A DNA stretch of 64,000 bases from Octopus vulgaris (taxonomy: Eukaryota). The notes under the pieces are model-generated. The model did no database searches. It was not told the DNA's origin and saw only the letters and a program-made list of their open reading frames with translations. Position numbers and translations under genes: made by a program. The DNA is taken from the NCBI GenBank assembly GCA_951406725.2, contig OX597823.1, forward strand, positions 87,792,001-87,856,000, written 5' to 3'. Of the stretch, positions 41,963-55,273 are shown piece by piece. Position 1 is the stretch's first letter. Every line of letters starts with the position of its first letter.

Positions 41963-44347
41963 TAAGGAACAAGGATATCCAGAGGTAATGCAGTACGATC
42001 GTTTCACGCAAATGTATTTAATTCAACAATGCAATCGTTATATCAATTTAAAAGTAGAGAAATTTTCAGCTGCACAAAGACACTAATGTGTTCATCAGTT
42101 TTAATTTTATTAAGTTCTGTGTTTTTGTGCAGCTGAAGATTGCTCTTTAGTAACAAGTTATTGGCATATTTAGTCATGGAGGGACATAGAATAGGTGATT
42201 ATTTGAGGACAAGCATATCAGAAACACTACAATCTTTATCTTTTTTTATTACTTTTCATAGAAATCGACGAACTAGCGTAACCATTGAAAAAAATTAATT
42301 CGATCCATTCAAGTGAACTTACTCTTTCATCTTTTCCGTATCAATGAAATAAAGTGTCAAGCAAGCAAAGGGATCGAAGACAGCTCTCACCTCAAAATCG
42401 GTGAACTTTTGCCGCAATTAAAGTCTAATATTCAATTTATAATAATGTTATATCTCAACATCTCTGAATTTATATAGCAACATATAGCCAGACAATATTA
42501 TCCGTATGGTGAAGCAAGCTTCGCAAGATGAGTTGGACGTAAAATGGCCTATTGCACAATTTAGTTGACAAAAGCAGCTAGAATCATAAATTACTAGACC
42601 AGTTCTTTGAAATCCGAATTAATTATGATCACGATTTCTTTTAACAAAATGATTTCCAATCTTACAGTGACACACGCAGAAAACCGTTCTGTAGTCAGGT
42701 GAAAACATAACAATAACAACTGCATCTCGGCTTCATGAATCCGAACTGTTTCAACTAATAATGGTATGTATTGCATAATATAGGTATAATACTATTTTTC
42801 TGAATGAAAATTGTTACAGCGAAAATGCATTTACTTTTAGATATGTTTTATTGAGAGCTTAGATATATTCGCTTATTTTCTCTCCGTTTAATGTAACCCA
42901 ATGTTATTCGACCTAAAGCAAAAGAAATACCTTTTTATCGCTGTGTATTATGTAGCTCTGTTCGCCATCTACAGCCTGTGTTCATCGTTTTACGAATTTC
43001 AATAACTCTTTACCTGGTTTTAGACTTATGACGATGAAGTTCCAAATAGGAAACAAGAAGCAAAACAAAAAGAAAATAAAGAAAAGAAAAACGCACCAAA
43101 TCATCGGACAACCCATTATCATGTCTGAAAGCTAGGAAAGTCTGCTCAACTTTTTAATTGTTTATTTGTACGTAAAACTGGACCTGGTGATGTGTACATT
43201 TATTTTTATCAGAGACAATATACAAATATAAACTGAAATATTCACGGCATGTAATCCTGAAATATTTTACAGAATTTTGCTATATATAATTCTCATGGGG
43301 TCATAAATTTCGTAATATAGAATATGCAATGTAGATTGTATTGCACAAATATTTTCCCCTTTATTGCTATGGGCTCTTTTAATTTAAAATTGTTTATTTT
43401 GTGTTGCTGTGCTGTTTAATTCAATTTCGTAAATGTACTGGTTGCATAATATATGATTTCATTTACGAGTACGTCTTAAAGGGAATATTGTGATTATGAA
43501 TAGAAAACCATAGTTTTTTTCATATTGAAATGCTTTCTACGAGAACAGAAGTATATAGAAAAGTCTTGTTACGCAACAATCATGCTGAAGGTTTTTATGG
43601 AATCAATTGATTTTAGTAAGTCATCGACCTATCTTTCCTCACGCTTTCTGTTTCCCATGATTAGGAAAGGCAATACGCGATTTGTCAAAATGCTAGGTAG
43701 ACTCACAACAGATCCGAGAATGTAAATTATTAACAAACATACATAAATTTATCACTAGCATATTTGGGGTAAATTCAAGTGACCCAACAAGTTTATGAAA
43801 CAAGGCAATACTTTATTGACATATAGTGTGGTGGATTTACTACTCTGTGGGGAGGGAAGGGAGACGTCTGAACCGGACGCGAGAGAACAAGGGGAATGAC
43901 GGAACCGGAAGCAATGAGAAGTGACGTCACGCTAAGAAGAGGGACACTTGAACAGCCTCTTTCATCGCCAGAACGTCAAGGGTAAGAGACGTGTGGACAG
44001 GATCTCAGAGGGAGAATAGTTTATATATATAATTACGGCCAACGTGTTCTACTGGTCCTTGTGAATCGAAATGGAATACTCTGTTCTGATTTCGTCCTGA
44101 GTAAGAACGTTCTTACTTTTACATTCCTGTCCACATACTCGTTATATATTTCAACTCTAATTAGAAATAGAGCGAAATACATTCTAAAGGAAGGGAAATT
44201 GTTCAAAATATGAGTATATTTCAAAATTTCCGTTACCAATTATCTTTAAAAGTTCAATATGAGCTGTTAATGTAATTTGAATAGTGAGCCTTCATTCGTA
44301 ATGTAACATGTGCATATGTGTCATTATGTATGTATATATTCACAATG

Positions 44348-44420
<73 letters not shown>

Positions 44421-44990
44421 TATTGTTATATTTCGGAATGGTCATTTTGCCAGTTTAGCCAATAAAAAATCTTGCACAACAAATATTTAAACGTATATAT
44501 ATATCCACACACACATAAAGTACAGGCCATCACCAATGAACGAACAATACGTAAACACACAATGAAATACAAGTATGGGACAAAATACCAAAGGACGTCT
44601 AACTCCTCCTCACCTGTCTATTCTTTATTACTACCTGTTTCGTACTTTTAACTACAACACAAGTAAACTTCATAAGACGGCAGCATCCAAAAATGTTAAA
44701 AATGTAAAATTTGTGGAATTAGGGCTTGGAGAGAACAAAGTACACCAGAGTGAACGTACGGAAACGATTGATAAAAACAGACGATTAGGGTTGTTAGGCC
44801 AAGACGAATTGTAATGTGTAACACCTGGGTGAAATTTGGAAAGGATATAGAATAAAAAGAAGAGAAAAGATATCGGGATGTGGGGGAAATTACGTCCGGT
44901 TAGCCGGAAGTCCCGTGCAGAAAAGACAGAGACGAGTTTATAGCGAAGACGGTAGCTATGGAGCCATTGTAGATTTCTGTTATAGCGGAT

Positions 44991-45476
44991 ATATAATTGT
45001 AAAAGAGGACAACAAACGTTAAGACAAGACAAGCATCTCAAGTCATATACGTTATTATTAATGGAAAAATTCAAAGTCTTACAATTGCTTCTGTGATATC
45101 CCAGAGTATGAGATGTTCCGTCATTGACTTTTGGAACGTTCGCGTCTATTTCAGGATATTTACACTATTAGGACGTTAACCTTCATGAATTTTCGCAAGA
45201 TTGCACCTAAGAACTTACAGAATTACTTCTACATGGTCGGATATTTGAACTGTGAACTTTTATGCTTCTTTATTCTTCTTAACCTTATTCCTTTTCTCCT
45301 GTCCTCTGTGTCGTCTTCTCATTAATCTATACCCTTGTCATTTTTCCTGTTTGCCTCCGATGACGGAATATCACAGATATAGCTGTAAGACTTTGAATTT
45401 TTCCAATAATAATAGCGTATGTCACTTGAGATGGTTAAATTGCCTTAACGTTTGTTGTCCTCTTTAACAATTATAT
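44991..45476. repeat. Inverted repeat, ~110-bp arms (PLE-terminal-like)
   Basis: AAAGAGGACAACAAACGTTAAG..GGAAAAATTCAAAGTCTTACA (44991-45100) vs TGTAAGACTTTGAATTTTTCC..CTTAACGTTTGTTGTCCTCTTT (45366-45476). Confidence 0.85.
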
Positions 45477-45497
45477 GAATATAGCCCTCTTCTCTTT

Positions 45498-45537
<40 letters not shown>

Positions 45538-46080
45538 GCTCATACGAGACCATCGTCCATATTTCTTTTCCTCACGTGATCATCTTTCTTTTCTTTCAGT
45601 GCTGTCGTAGAGACTGCACGTATCCTATTGGTCTCACTCTTCGATCTTTTCTTTAGTCAAAGATATTGGTTCTCCAGCGTTCGCTACTTTAACTCGTCTG
45701 GTCTAACGACCTTCCACGTTTGTTTTCGTTCGCTTTCCTACATTGTCCCTACTGTCCTGTTAGTGTTACCAACTTTAACTCTACGCAAATCCCAAATGTT
45801 ATTTTTGCTTTTGCGGGAGTAACTATTTTCGCAGTCTCATATTGTCGTTCAATGCTCGAAATGAGAAGTAGATGGAGAACCGACAACCGATGAAAAGTCG
45901 TTCCATATGTTACTTGTCCTGTTTTCCATTTGTTTCTCTCTTTGTTTTCGTACTCAACTCATTTATTTTCGTATTTCATGTTGTTTACTATTTGTGTCGT
46001 CCTTTACCCATATATGCGATTACATATGCATATATGTATGTGTGTACATATATCAATGTATGCCTATATATATATGTAGG

Positions 46081-46145
<65 letters not shown>

Positions 46146-46147
<2 letters not shown>

Positions 46148-46520
46148 CGTAAGAGTGGTTGTGTAGTAAGTAGCTTGCTTACCAACCACATGGTTACGGG
46201 TTCAGTCCCACAACGTGGCACCTTGGGGAAGTGTCTTCTATTATAGCCTCGGGCCGACCAAAGCCTTGTGAGTGGATTTGGCAGACGGAAACTGAAAGAA
46301 GCCCGTCGTATATATGTATACATATATATATGTATGTGTGTGTTTATGTATGTTTGTGTGTCTGTGTTTGTCCCCCCCAACATCGCTTGACAACCAATGC
46401 TGGGGTGTTTACGTCAAAAAAAACGATAGACTAAGTACTAAGCTTACAAAGAATAAGTGCTGAAATCGACTAAAGGCGGTGCTCCAGGATGGCCGCAGTC
46501 AAATGACTGAAACGAGTAAA

Positions 46521-46522
<2 letters not shown>
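46146..46522 (+). mobile_element. SINE family B, near full length
   Basis: GCGTAAGAGTGGTTGTGTAGTAAG..GGGTTCAGTCCC..ACCTTGGGGAAGTGTC..AAGGCGGTGCTCCAGGATGGCCGCAGTCAAATGACTGAAACGAGTAAAAG. Confidence 0.85.
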
Positions 46523-46593
<71 letters not shown>

Positions 46594-46904
46594 CATATGT
46601 TTGTGCGCGTGTTTGGGAAGGTGTGGCCTAGACATTAGAATGTTGCACTCATGATCGCTAGTTCGTGGCTTTGATTCCCAGACCCGCTAGATCGTTCCAT
46701 CATTTAGCGAAACACTTCATCTGACGTTGCTTCAGTCCACTCAGTTGTAAATTTCTAACCCTATTATGGACTAATCTTCCAATCTGAAGGAATGCTGTCC
46801 TACTGGCCTAGCCAGCGGAGTGGCATCATTTAATACACAAAAAGATGCAAACGAACATTGTGACCAGCGATGTCTAACGACATCCGATAGTCTGGTAGAT
46901 TCTG

Positions 46905-47140
46905 GATCACATGATATATATGTATGTGCATATGTGACCTCGTGAGTACCGCTGCCGATTTTTTCCTGTCTTCCCTTCTCGGGATCTTTCCTTCTCCTAT
47001 GTTTCCGACGAAGAGCTCCGCTCGAAACGTTAAACCCTCCTTCTTCCCTTCTTTCCTGAGCGTCCAATAATACTTTATTTGTTCCACGTCCTCGCGTTGT
47101 TGTGTTTTTTTGTTTTTTGTGTTTTCTTGTCTGGAGTAAC
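46905..47140 (+). mobile_element. PLE-terminal-like family F copy
   Basis: Reverse complement of 9901-10090; followed by (AT)n. Confidence 0.7.
47001..47035 (+). ncRNA. Minimal hammerhead-like motif (CCGACGA core variant)
   Basis: GTTT-CCGACGA-A-GAGC-TCC-GCTC-GAAA-CG-TT-AAAC, identical to 10010-10044 (-). Confidence 0.55.
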
Positions 47141-47144
47141 TATA

Positions 47145-47201
<57 letters not shown>

Positions 47202-47335
47202 GTATATATGTATATATACATATATATATATATGTATATATATATATACACACGTCGATACATACATACATACATACATACATACATACATACATACATA
47301 CATACATACATACATACATACATGTATACATACAT

Positions 47336-48000
47336 GATGGCTGCCCCCTCGTTATCGTGTAAGGCCATTGCACGAAGCTCAACTGTTATTGCTGCTGTGA
47401 TCGAATGCGACTTTTATTTGCTTTTTCAGGCTACAGCCAGCCATTCAGTTGAGGCTCACAGCACTATCAACAATCATGAACAATGTTGTTATCGTGCAAT
47501 TCCTGTGCAAGAATATTTTTTTTAAAGTGAGGAAACCCTGTGCACTGAATCAATCCTACTCACTAAGCAGCAGCAGCCATAATCCGAAAAGAAGAACAAG
47601 TCGACATCATTGGTAACCACTGAGCCGCGGGTTTTATGTCGGAGTTATCCCAGTTACCTGAGTTACCTTCTCCTAGAAGGATGCCCTAACAAAGGCTAGA
47701 AGTCCTTCACTTCCAATGGTTTAACCGCTCGACCGGGTATTCCGTCCGATTATTTCTATGTCCCCGCGCACGATACAGCCGTAAGAAAAAGAAAAAAAAG
47801 TACACATATATTGGATGGCCGTTGACTGTCAAGAGTTCCTCCGCCCTTTGACGGGTTTTGTTTTTCATCCCGCAGGGTGTCCAATAAACACCCTCCTCAC
47901 CAAGCAAGCTTGGTAGTGTTGCCGGTTTAGTCGCCGACGGCCTGACCATGCAACAGGTTGTACTGGGTTACATGTCACCAGTAGCACTCGAAAGGGATCT
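47336..48000 (-). mobile_element. GC-richer block between (ACAT)n tracts, possibly a LINE 5' UTR region
   Basis: Abrupt composition change and microsatellite flanks; ACCTTCTCCTAGA.GG..GCC.TAACAAAGGCTA resembles RTE-type UTR sequence from memory only; no ORF. Confidence 0.3.
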
Positions 48001-50467
48001 GATACATACATACATACATACATACATACATACATACATACATACATACATACATACAGCTGTTTATTTTCTTGTGTCCTTTCTATTGAGGAGCGTAGGC
48101 TCGAAACCTAAAAGTCTTTCGTACCTTCTCGAGCGTTAAACTAATACATCTGTTTGTTGTTTATACACGTGTCTTCGTTTATCTTTTGTAAATCTCAACT
48201 AAATATACATACATACAATTCATTACACCTGTTTCTTACCTAACTTTTTAATAGAAGAATGAAAACATTACTCCATTACAAAAGACCGTAATCGTCAGAT
48301 GAGTAGTAATTATACACACACACATACACATATATATACATATAGGTTGATTAATAGGTACGTGTATGTACTTACACTTTGCTTGTGTGCATATAAATAT
48401 ATATATAGATGTACGATATGTATAACCTATGTGTATATATGTATGAATATGCATACGTGTATATATGTATAAAGTGTGTGAGTGTGTTTGTGTGAGTGTT
48501 TGGTGGTCTTTAGTTGATATTTCTTAACTTTATGTAGTGTGTTCTATTTTGAAGGAAGATCATCTGTAATGTTATAACAATTCTTTGTAGTTTGTATTTG
48601 ACAAATGGAAAATGTCTCATACAATATTGAATATCTCTTGCACCCGACATCATATGTCAATACGAATTAAAGTATTTACTTTTTCAATTTAAAGATTTAA
48701 CTCTTGTAAATCACTCAGAAAATTTCTTGGAAGTTGTTTCAGGAATTTTCGCCGAACGTAGACACAGAAAGATTTTTAGCGAATCCTACTAAAGACAGAA
48801 CGAACTTGCAAATTTGATTAGAGTGAAGCAAGCACTTAACGTATAGTTTGACAGGTAAAAACATGACGACTGCCGGAAATGCCAGTCGGAGGTCAATTAG
48901 CTTTTAAGAATAAATAGCTACCTATTTCCTCTCTTTCTTCCGCTTCTTTATCTTCGTTTATCTAGTTATTTATTTTCATTCTTCAATTTATCACACAACT
49001 AAGATATTTAATTTGCCATTGAGGGGCATCTTCCTTTGAAAATACAACTTGACGTTTATTGATTATATGTCTTTGCTCTGACCAATACAGGACATGTTGT
49101 TAGTTGTTGGCCAACGTCCACAATTTATGAACTGGTGTTTCAAAGTAAATCTTAGTGAATGAGGTACTGAGGAAAAAGAGATTTGCTAAGAAATAATTTC
49201 AAGATGTATTACTTAATCTTTGCCGTCGTTTACAGTCGTCAGTTGATTGAATCATTAGCAAGGGTTGCCAGAATCATTAGTAAATTTGATGAAAAGCCTT
49301 AAAGTAAGAATTTTCCGTTATTCTAAAATTGATCTTAATCATTACCGTGTTTCAAAGTTGAATAAAAGTTACACGTAGGAGTCATTTTTGCCACAGAAAC
49401 AGACAGAAACCCTATTAAGTAAGATGCATATTTGTCGTAAGGTGAGACCCTCTATGGCAATATGGCTTTAACCATCGGTTGAAATCTTTTCAGTTCAGTT
49501 CTTGGGAAATCATTCGGGACAGTCATTTTTTTTTTTTGCAAAATACACGCATGCACTATATTTTCGTTCTTCACTTCATCTTTATTGTTGTCCTTTGCCT
49601 GAAATCTTTTGTCACACATCCAGTGATATATTTTGCGACTTTCCACCCCACACCGCGTCTCCCCTGCATTGTTTAATCCATTTTAACTTTTTATGGTGAC
49701 AATGAATGCACGGTGACGTTTCCATTTACTGTCATTTAAAACTGATGCCACACTTAAATGGTAATCCAATATTTATGCATTTTTATGATTGCGTCAAAGC
49801 ACTTCAATAACATATGTCTCCTGCATGGAATGGTTAGATAATAAGGTGTCACGTTTCGGACATACAGATGCGGCGATTCTATATTAGCTCTGTAGTTATA
49901 TCCATGAAAAAAAAATACTGTTATCCTGTCTTAAAAGTAATCAGTGTTATTTGAAACTCTATTTTTCTGAGCGTGAGTGAGGTACAAGGCAGTATCACAG
50001 GAACGCAATATTTTGCAAATTTTAATAACGTCTTAAAATATATGGCGTAATAAATAATGTATATTTGTTGTACATAAGACCGTAATATCCATAGCATGAA
50101 TCCGTTTCACCATCACTTTACTCAATTACAGCTGAGCTTCAGACTAAAATAGATTCATACCCCGTATTACCGAGAGACAGACGCCGCATGAAAGGGAATT
50201 TTAAAGAGGGATTAACTTAATGAATAGCACCATTAAATTAGAGTCAATCTAAATGACAATCAACTCGAGGACAAAGCTTAATTATCTTAATGACTAATTA
50301 TCGCGAAGGAAGGAAGGAATAGGTTGTTGCTATGAAAATTAAATACGCCAAAATGAAATGAATTTCAGTTAACAAAGTTAAACACTTCACAACAACATTA
50401 TAAAATCGTGATGCATTTTAAAATGCAAGGATGACAGGCAAATTCGTGAAGCGTTTCGTATTTTGAT

Positions 50468-50566
50468 GGCGCACGCGTAGTTGTGTGGTAAGAATCTTGC
50501 TCCGGGTGCAATCCTACTGCGTGACACCTTTTGCCCCGGACTGAAAAAAGCCTTATCAATGTATGC

Positions 50567-50624
<58 letters not shown>

Positions 50625-50850
50625 ATGAGTGTGTGTCTTTATGTTTGTGTTACTCCCTCCACCGTTTGACAAATAGTATTGGTGTGCTGACCTGCCTGTA
50701 AGTGAGCGGTTCGGCAAAGAGAGCATGATTAAATAAGAACCAGGTTTGAAAACAGTAAATCCTAGGGTCGATTTCTTCGACTAAAAACCTTCAAGACGGT
50801 ACCCCAACATGGCTGCAGTCGATTGACTGATACAAGTAAAAGATAAAAGA
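50468..50850 (+). mobile_element. SINE family B (degenerate)
   Basis: GGCGCACGCGTAGTTGTGTGGTAAG head; tail ACGGTACCCCAACATGGCTGCAGTCGATTGACTGATACAAGTAAAAG. Confidence 0.7.
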
Positions 50851-50967
50851 AAAAGAAAAACAGATTCCTTAACTCCTATGACCAGCAATGCAAGGGTTTA
50901 ATTTTGTAATTTTACACATGTCATAAATCGAATGACTGATGGTGACAGATACGATGAAGTTGTTAAT

Positions 50968-51350
50968 CTTTTATCTTTTACATGTTTCAGTCATTGGACT
51001 GCGATCATGCTGGGGCAGTGGCTAGAAGGTTTATTTTTTCCCTTTTGTCGAATAAATCGACCCCGGTACATTATTTAGCCTGGTACTTATTACGTCGGTT
51101 TCTTTTGCCGAACCGTTAAGTTACAGGAACGTAAACACACCAATACTGGTTATCAAGCTCTGCTGGGGTACAAACACAAACACAACCCCCACACACACAT
51201 ACGACGGTCTTCCAGTTTACCAAGTCCACTCAAAAGGCTTTGGACGGCCCGAATCTATAATACAAGAGAGCTGCCCCATGTACCATGCAGTGGGACTGAA
51301 TCGGAAAGCCTGTGTTTAGGAAGTAAACTTCTTACCACGAACCACGCCTG
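50968..51350 (-). mobile_element. SINE family B, tail-to-tail with the previous copy
   Basis: CTTTTACATGTTTCAGTCATTGGACTGCGATCATGCTGGGGCA..GCAGTGGGACTGAA..CTTACCAC..CCACGCCTGC. Confidence 0.75.
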
Positions 51351-52204
51351 CTTCTTCATGCAGAAATAATTTAATTCTTCTCAACAATCTTTATTAGTTG
51401 AACAAAAGGTTAATACTAAAAGTTCTGCCACAGTTTTACAAGAGTCCCTCAGGGACCTACTGCAAGATATGTAGACCCTGTAGATGAAAGAATATGGGCT
51501 CTGCTTTGCAATCCCTATTTTAGGATATGAAGCACAGATATCTTGCAGTTTTTATCTACGCAGCTATTAAATTATGCCCAATGTTTAAGAAAGGATACAG
51601 CAAATTTTAAAAACATAATAGAAAACCCTATTGGATAAATAATTTCGTGGTACAGAAACCGATGAGGTTACACTCTTCAGGGGTGGAACTCTACAAACGA
51701 GAAAAATCAGGCATTTTTGTACCATTTTTGTACCATAAAATTATCAGTCATTGATATAAACAAGATTATAAAAAGCATATCAGCTACTGTTATTCCAGAG
51801 CGAAAAGTTATAGAATTAGATAATTATATATTATAATATTAATACCTCTTGATTACGCGTTATAGAAAACCTCAACAGGGTTTTCAATAACATGTATTTC
51901 TATTACAATATTTCTTCGTATTTTCAGATAGCAGACCAATTTCATTGCAATCGTATTTTAATTCTTAAAAGCAGGGTGGAATATTTATATAATTAGCGAA
52001 AGCATAGCTGTGTACTTCGCCGTTGTATGGTATCTTTTCTAACATATTGTATCTAACATTTGGCTAGTGTCTTGTCCGGTTGCACCACTAACTTTCAGTT
52101 TAATTCGATTAAAGGAAATGATGTGGAAAACTTTGCAAGGAGTAGTTACTATTCCCTATCAACATTCTAAAAAATTGATTTGAAAACACCGTCACACATT
52201 AATG

Positions 52205-52520
52205 GAATTTCAACCATGTTTCGTGGTCTGCTAACACAACATCTCCTTTATAGGATCCAGTTAGTTCAAGACATCATCTGGAGGAACCACGTCTGGTTTC
52301 GGCCCCTAATTCTTTACCTTTTTGACGTGGCGGGGCCCCTTCTTTCGGAGGTGTCTTCAGCTCTGGTGTTGAGTGCATGTCTTCTCTCAACTGTTCCCTG
52401 GCCTCTTCGATGCAACGTCAACGAATGTCAGCGAGAGACTGACTGACTTGCCAAATGTTTCCTTTTAAATACCTGCTGCTAGGCTCCAGCAAGCAGCCCC
52501 TGCAAGTTGTCATGTAGTTG
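52205..52520 (-). mobile_element. Second copy of the 30500 repeat family
   Basis: Collinear with 30500-30790. Confidence 0.7.
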
Positions 52521-53595
52521 TCAGCTTCCCGCGCAGCTCTCCGGTCTGAACGTAAATTTTTCTCTTGGTCACACAGAACCTGGCTGCTAGGGCAGACAAT
52601 CCTCTATACAATCATATCACAAATATAATATCTTGATAGTCTATATTTCGTTGGTTACAGTTCGAATACAACTGTTCATAGGCCTACAAGCTTACGACAA
52701 GCATTAACAATATATAAATTTGCAGTTATTCTGTGTTCATATAATTCCTACTCAAAGTAATTGAAAGAATGAGACACAAAAGAGTATTGTACGTGAAGTA
52801 TGTGAATTCTTTTTTGGCAATCTGCAATAAATAGATTCGTAGATGTTAAAATATTCTTTTCCATTGTTACAATACACCATTACTTCTTTTCTGTTTAATT
52901 TATTATCCATTGTCATGAAACACTGGCGGCTTATTTTAGTTTTTAATGTCACAAACATAGAAATTTAATTTTTCAAATGAAAAATAATTAGGTTTCTCTA
53001 CTGAAAATTTATTTTTTCTTCTTTTATAAAAATCTTGTGGTTTTACATTTAATGAAGCGATAATACTTACTACATATATAAACTGGCGATTTTATTTGAG
53101 AAATGAGCACATTGTTTTTTTTATAATAAAACCAAGAAATTATATTCAACTTAACTGTATAAATTATTGACAATGAATATGAGCTATCTTAGAGTGCCAT
53201 TTGTTTTCATTTGTCGAAATAAATTCTGCTAGAATTTTGAAGAGAAACAAATCACAAAAAAACATTTACTTTTATTATGATGTGAAGGCTGTTATAAAAT
53301 TTATGTCGTGAATGTTTGGATAACGATTAGCATTGTGGTTTTTCACTGAAGCCAAGTTCTTATTGTTTAGGTTGAGAGGAACACGGTTCCGTCGTTACAG
53401 GCATGGACAATACGCGACTTCGTTGAAACAGTCCTTCCCGCAAAGCAACTTAAATAAAATTTGGGATTTTTTGGCAGAGGGTGGAAATGGTAACAAGAAC
53501 AGGACAGTGAGAACAAAACAGTAAAAAGAAACGGTAAGGGCTTTTATGACAAGACGATACAAAAATTATTATGAACGCTAAGACGAGCTTATGAA

Positions 53596-53642
<47 letters not shown>

Positions 53643-53831
53643 TTCTTTTACTTGTGTCTATCGTGCAGCCACCTTCAATGGTTTTCATCGAAGAAATCCA
53701 CCCCAGAACTTAATTCTTTAAGCTTATTACTTACTCCATAGATTTCATTTGCGGAACCGCTACGGGGAGGTAAACACACCAACAGCGGCTATCAAGAGTT
53801 ACGGGGTTGGGTGGCTAACACAAATACAAAG

Positions 53832-53880
<49 letters not shown>

Positions 53881-54175
53881 ACATTATATAATTAGGGCTT
53901 AGTAAGATAAATTACTTTGCCACATACTGAACTTAGTAGAAATAGCAGCCAAAAAAAATTTTCTTAGCATTTCGACTACTTATAGGAAATTTCTCTCAGA
54001 TAATGTTTACTCTAGACAGCTCACGAAGGTTTGGGGGTAAATACAGAAAAATACATAGATCGTTTGAGTACGTCAACGTTTCAAGATTAGCCAAATAAAA
54101 TCAGCATTTCTTTCGTCAGCTCAAAATTTCTTAATTTGGATTTGGAAACACTAAAAAGAAGGAACTAACTATATA

Positions 54176-54275
54176 NNNNNNNNNNNNNNNNNNNNNNNNN
54201 NNNNNNNNNNNNNNNNNNNNNNNNNNNNNNNNNNNNNNNNNNNNNNNNNNNNNNNNNNNNNNNNNNNNNNNNNNN
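54176..54275. other. Assembly gap (100 N)
   Basis: Run of exactly 100 N, typical scaffolding placeholder of unknown true size. Confidence 0.98.
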
Positions 54276-54521
54276 AGAGATTTCTGGAAATTCATATGTG
54301 CACTATGGATTAGGTCACCTTCTCTGTATATACATCATCTTTAAATATATTAGCCTCAACCAATATAGTACAGGACACGTTTATATGCTGTAATTTTTGC
54401 AACTTTTAATAAAGCCTGTCCTTGTATGAAACGATTGTACTAAAAACCTATCCATTCTTGTTGCTTCTTTTCTCGTGTATATATATATATATTTATATTA
54501 TGTACGTATTATGTATATATG

Positions 54522-54561
<40 letters not shown>

Positions 54562-54635
54562 TTATATTTGTATTCATGTACGTATTATATATATATATAT
54601 ATATATAATACAAATTCATATTTGTATTCATGTAC

Positions 54636-54684
<49 letters not shown>

Positions 54685-54688
<4 letters not shown>

Positions 54689-55083
54689 CTTCTACACTAG
54701 GCACAAGGCCCGAAATTTTGGGGGAGGGAGCCAGTTCATTAGATCGAACCCAGTATGGAACTGGTGCTTAATCTAAAGACCCCGAAATGATGAAAGGGAA
54801 AGTCGACCTCGGCGGAGTTTGAAGTCAGAACGTATAGACAGACGAAATACCTATTTATTTACTACCCACAAGGGTCTAAACACAGAGAGGACAAGCAAGG
54901 ACAGGTAAACGGATCAAGTCGATTATATCGACCCCAGTGCTTAACTGGTACGTATTTAATCGACCCCGAAAGGATGAAAGGCAAAGTCGACCTCAGCTGA
55001 ATTTGAACTCAGAACGGAGCGGCAGACCAAATACCGCTAAGCATTTCGCCCTGTGTGCTAACGTTTCTGCCAGCTCAACGCCT
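54685..55083 (-). mobile_element. SINE family A with two tandem body units
   Basis: Head end GCTAACGTTTCTGCCAGCTCAACGCC at ~55083; unit junction GACGAAATACCTATT at ~54841, the same junction as in 15512-16071. Confidence 0.85.
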
Positions 55084-55273
55084 TCATATATTGTGTTACA
55101 TGTATTCTAATAACATTATGACTCAGCTCCATCTGACTTAGATTTCGTGGGCGCAGAGGATGCGCATAACTAATCCGAAATCAGATGATGTATGATGAGA
55201 TAGACGTGTCCCTACGAGCCAAAAAACTTTGCCAGGCGCCGGAGAGTGAAACTATTACTCAAAAATATATATA

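Noticed and set aside
47880-48000. HDV-like ribozyme at a putative LINE 5' end
   Set aside because: A hairpin is visible but I could not assemble the nested double pseudoknot by eye.
54176-54275. Continuity across the N run
   Set aside because: It is an assembly gap, so distances and linkage across it are not reliable.
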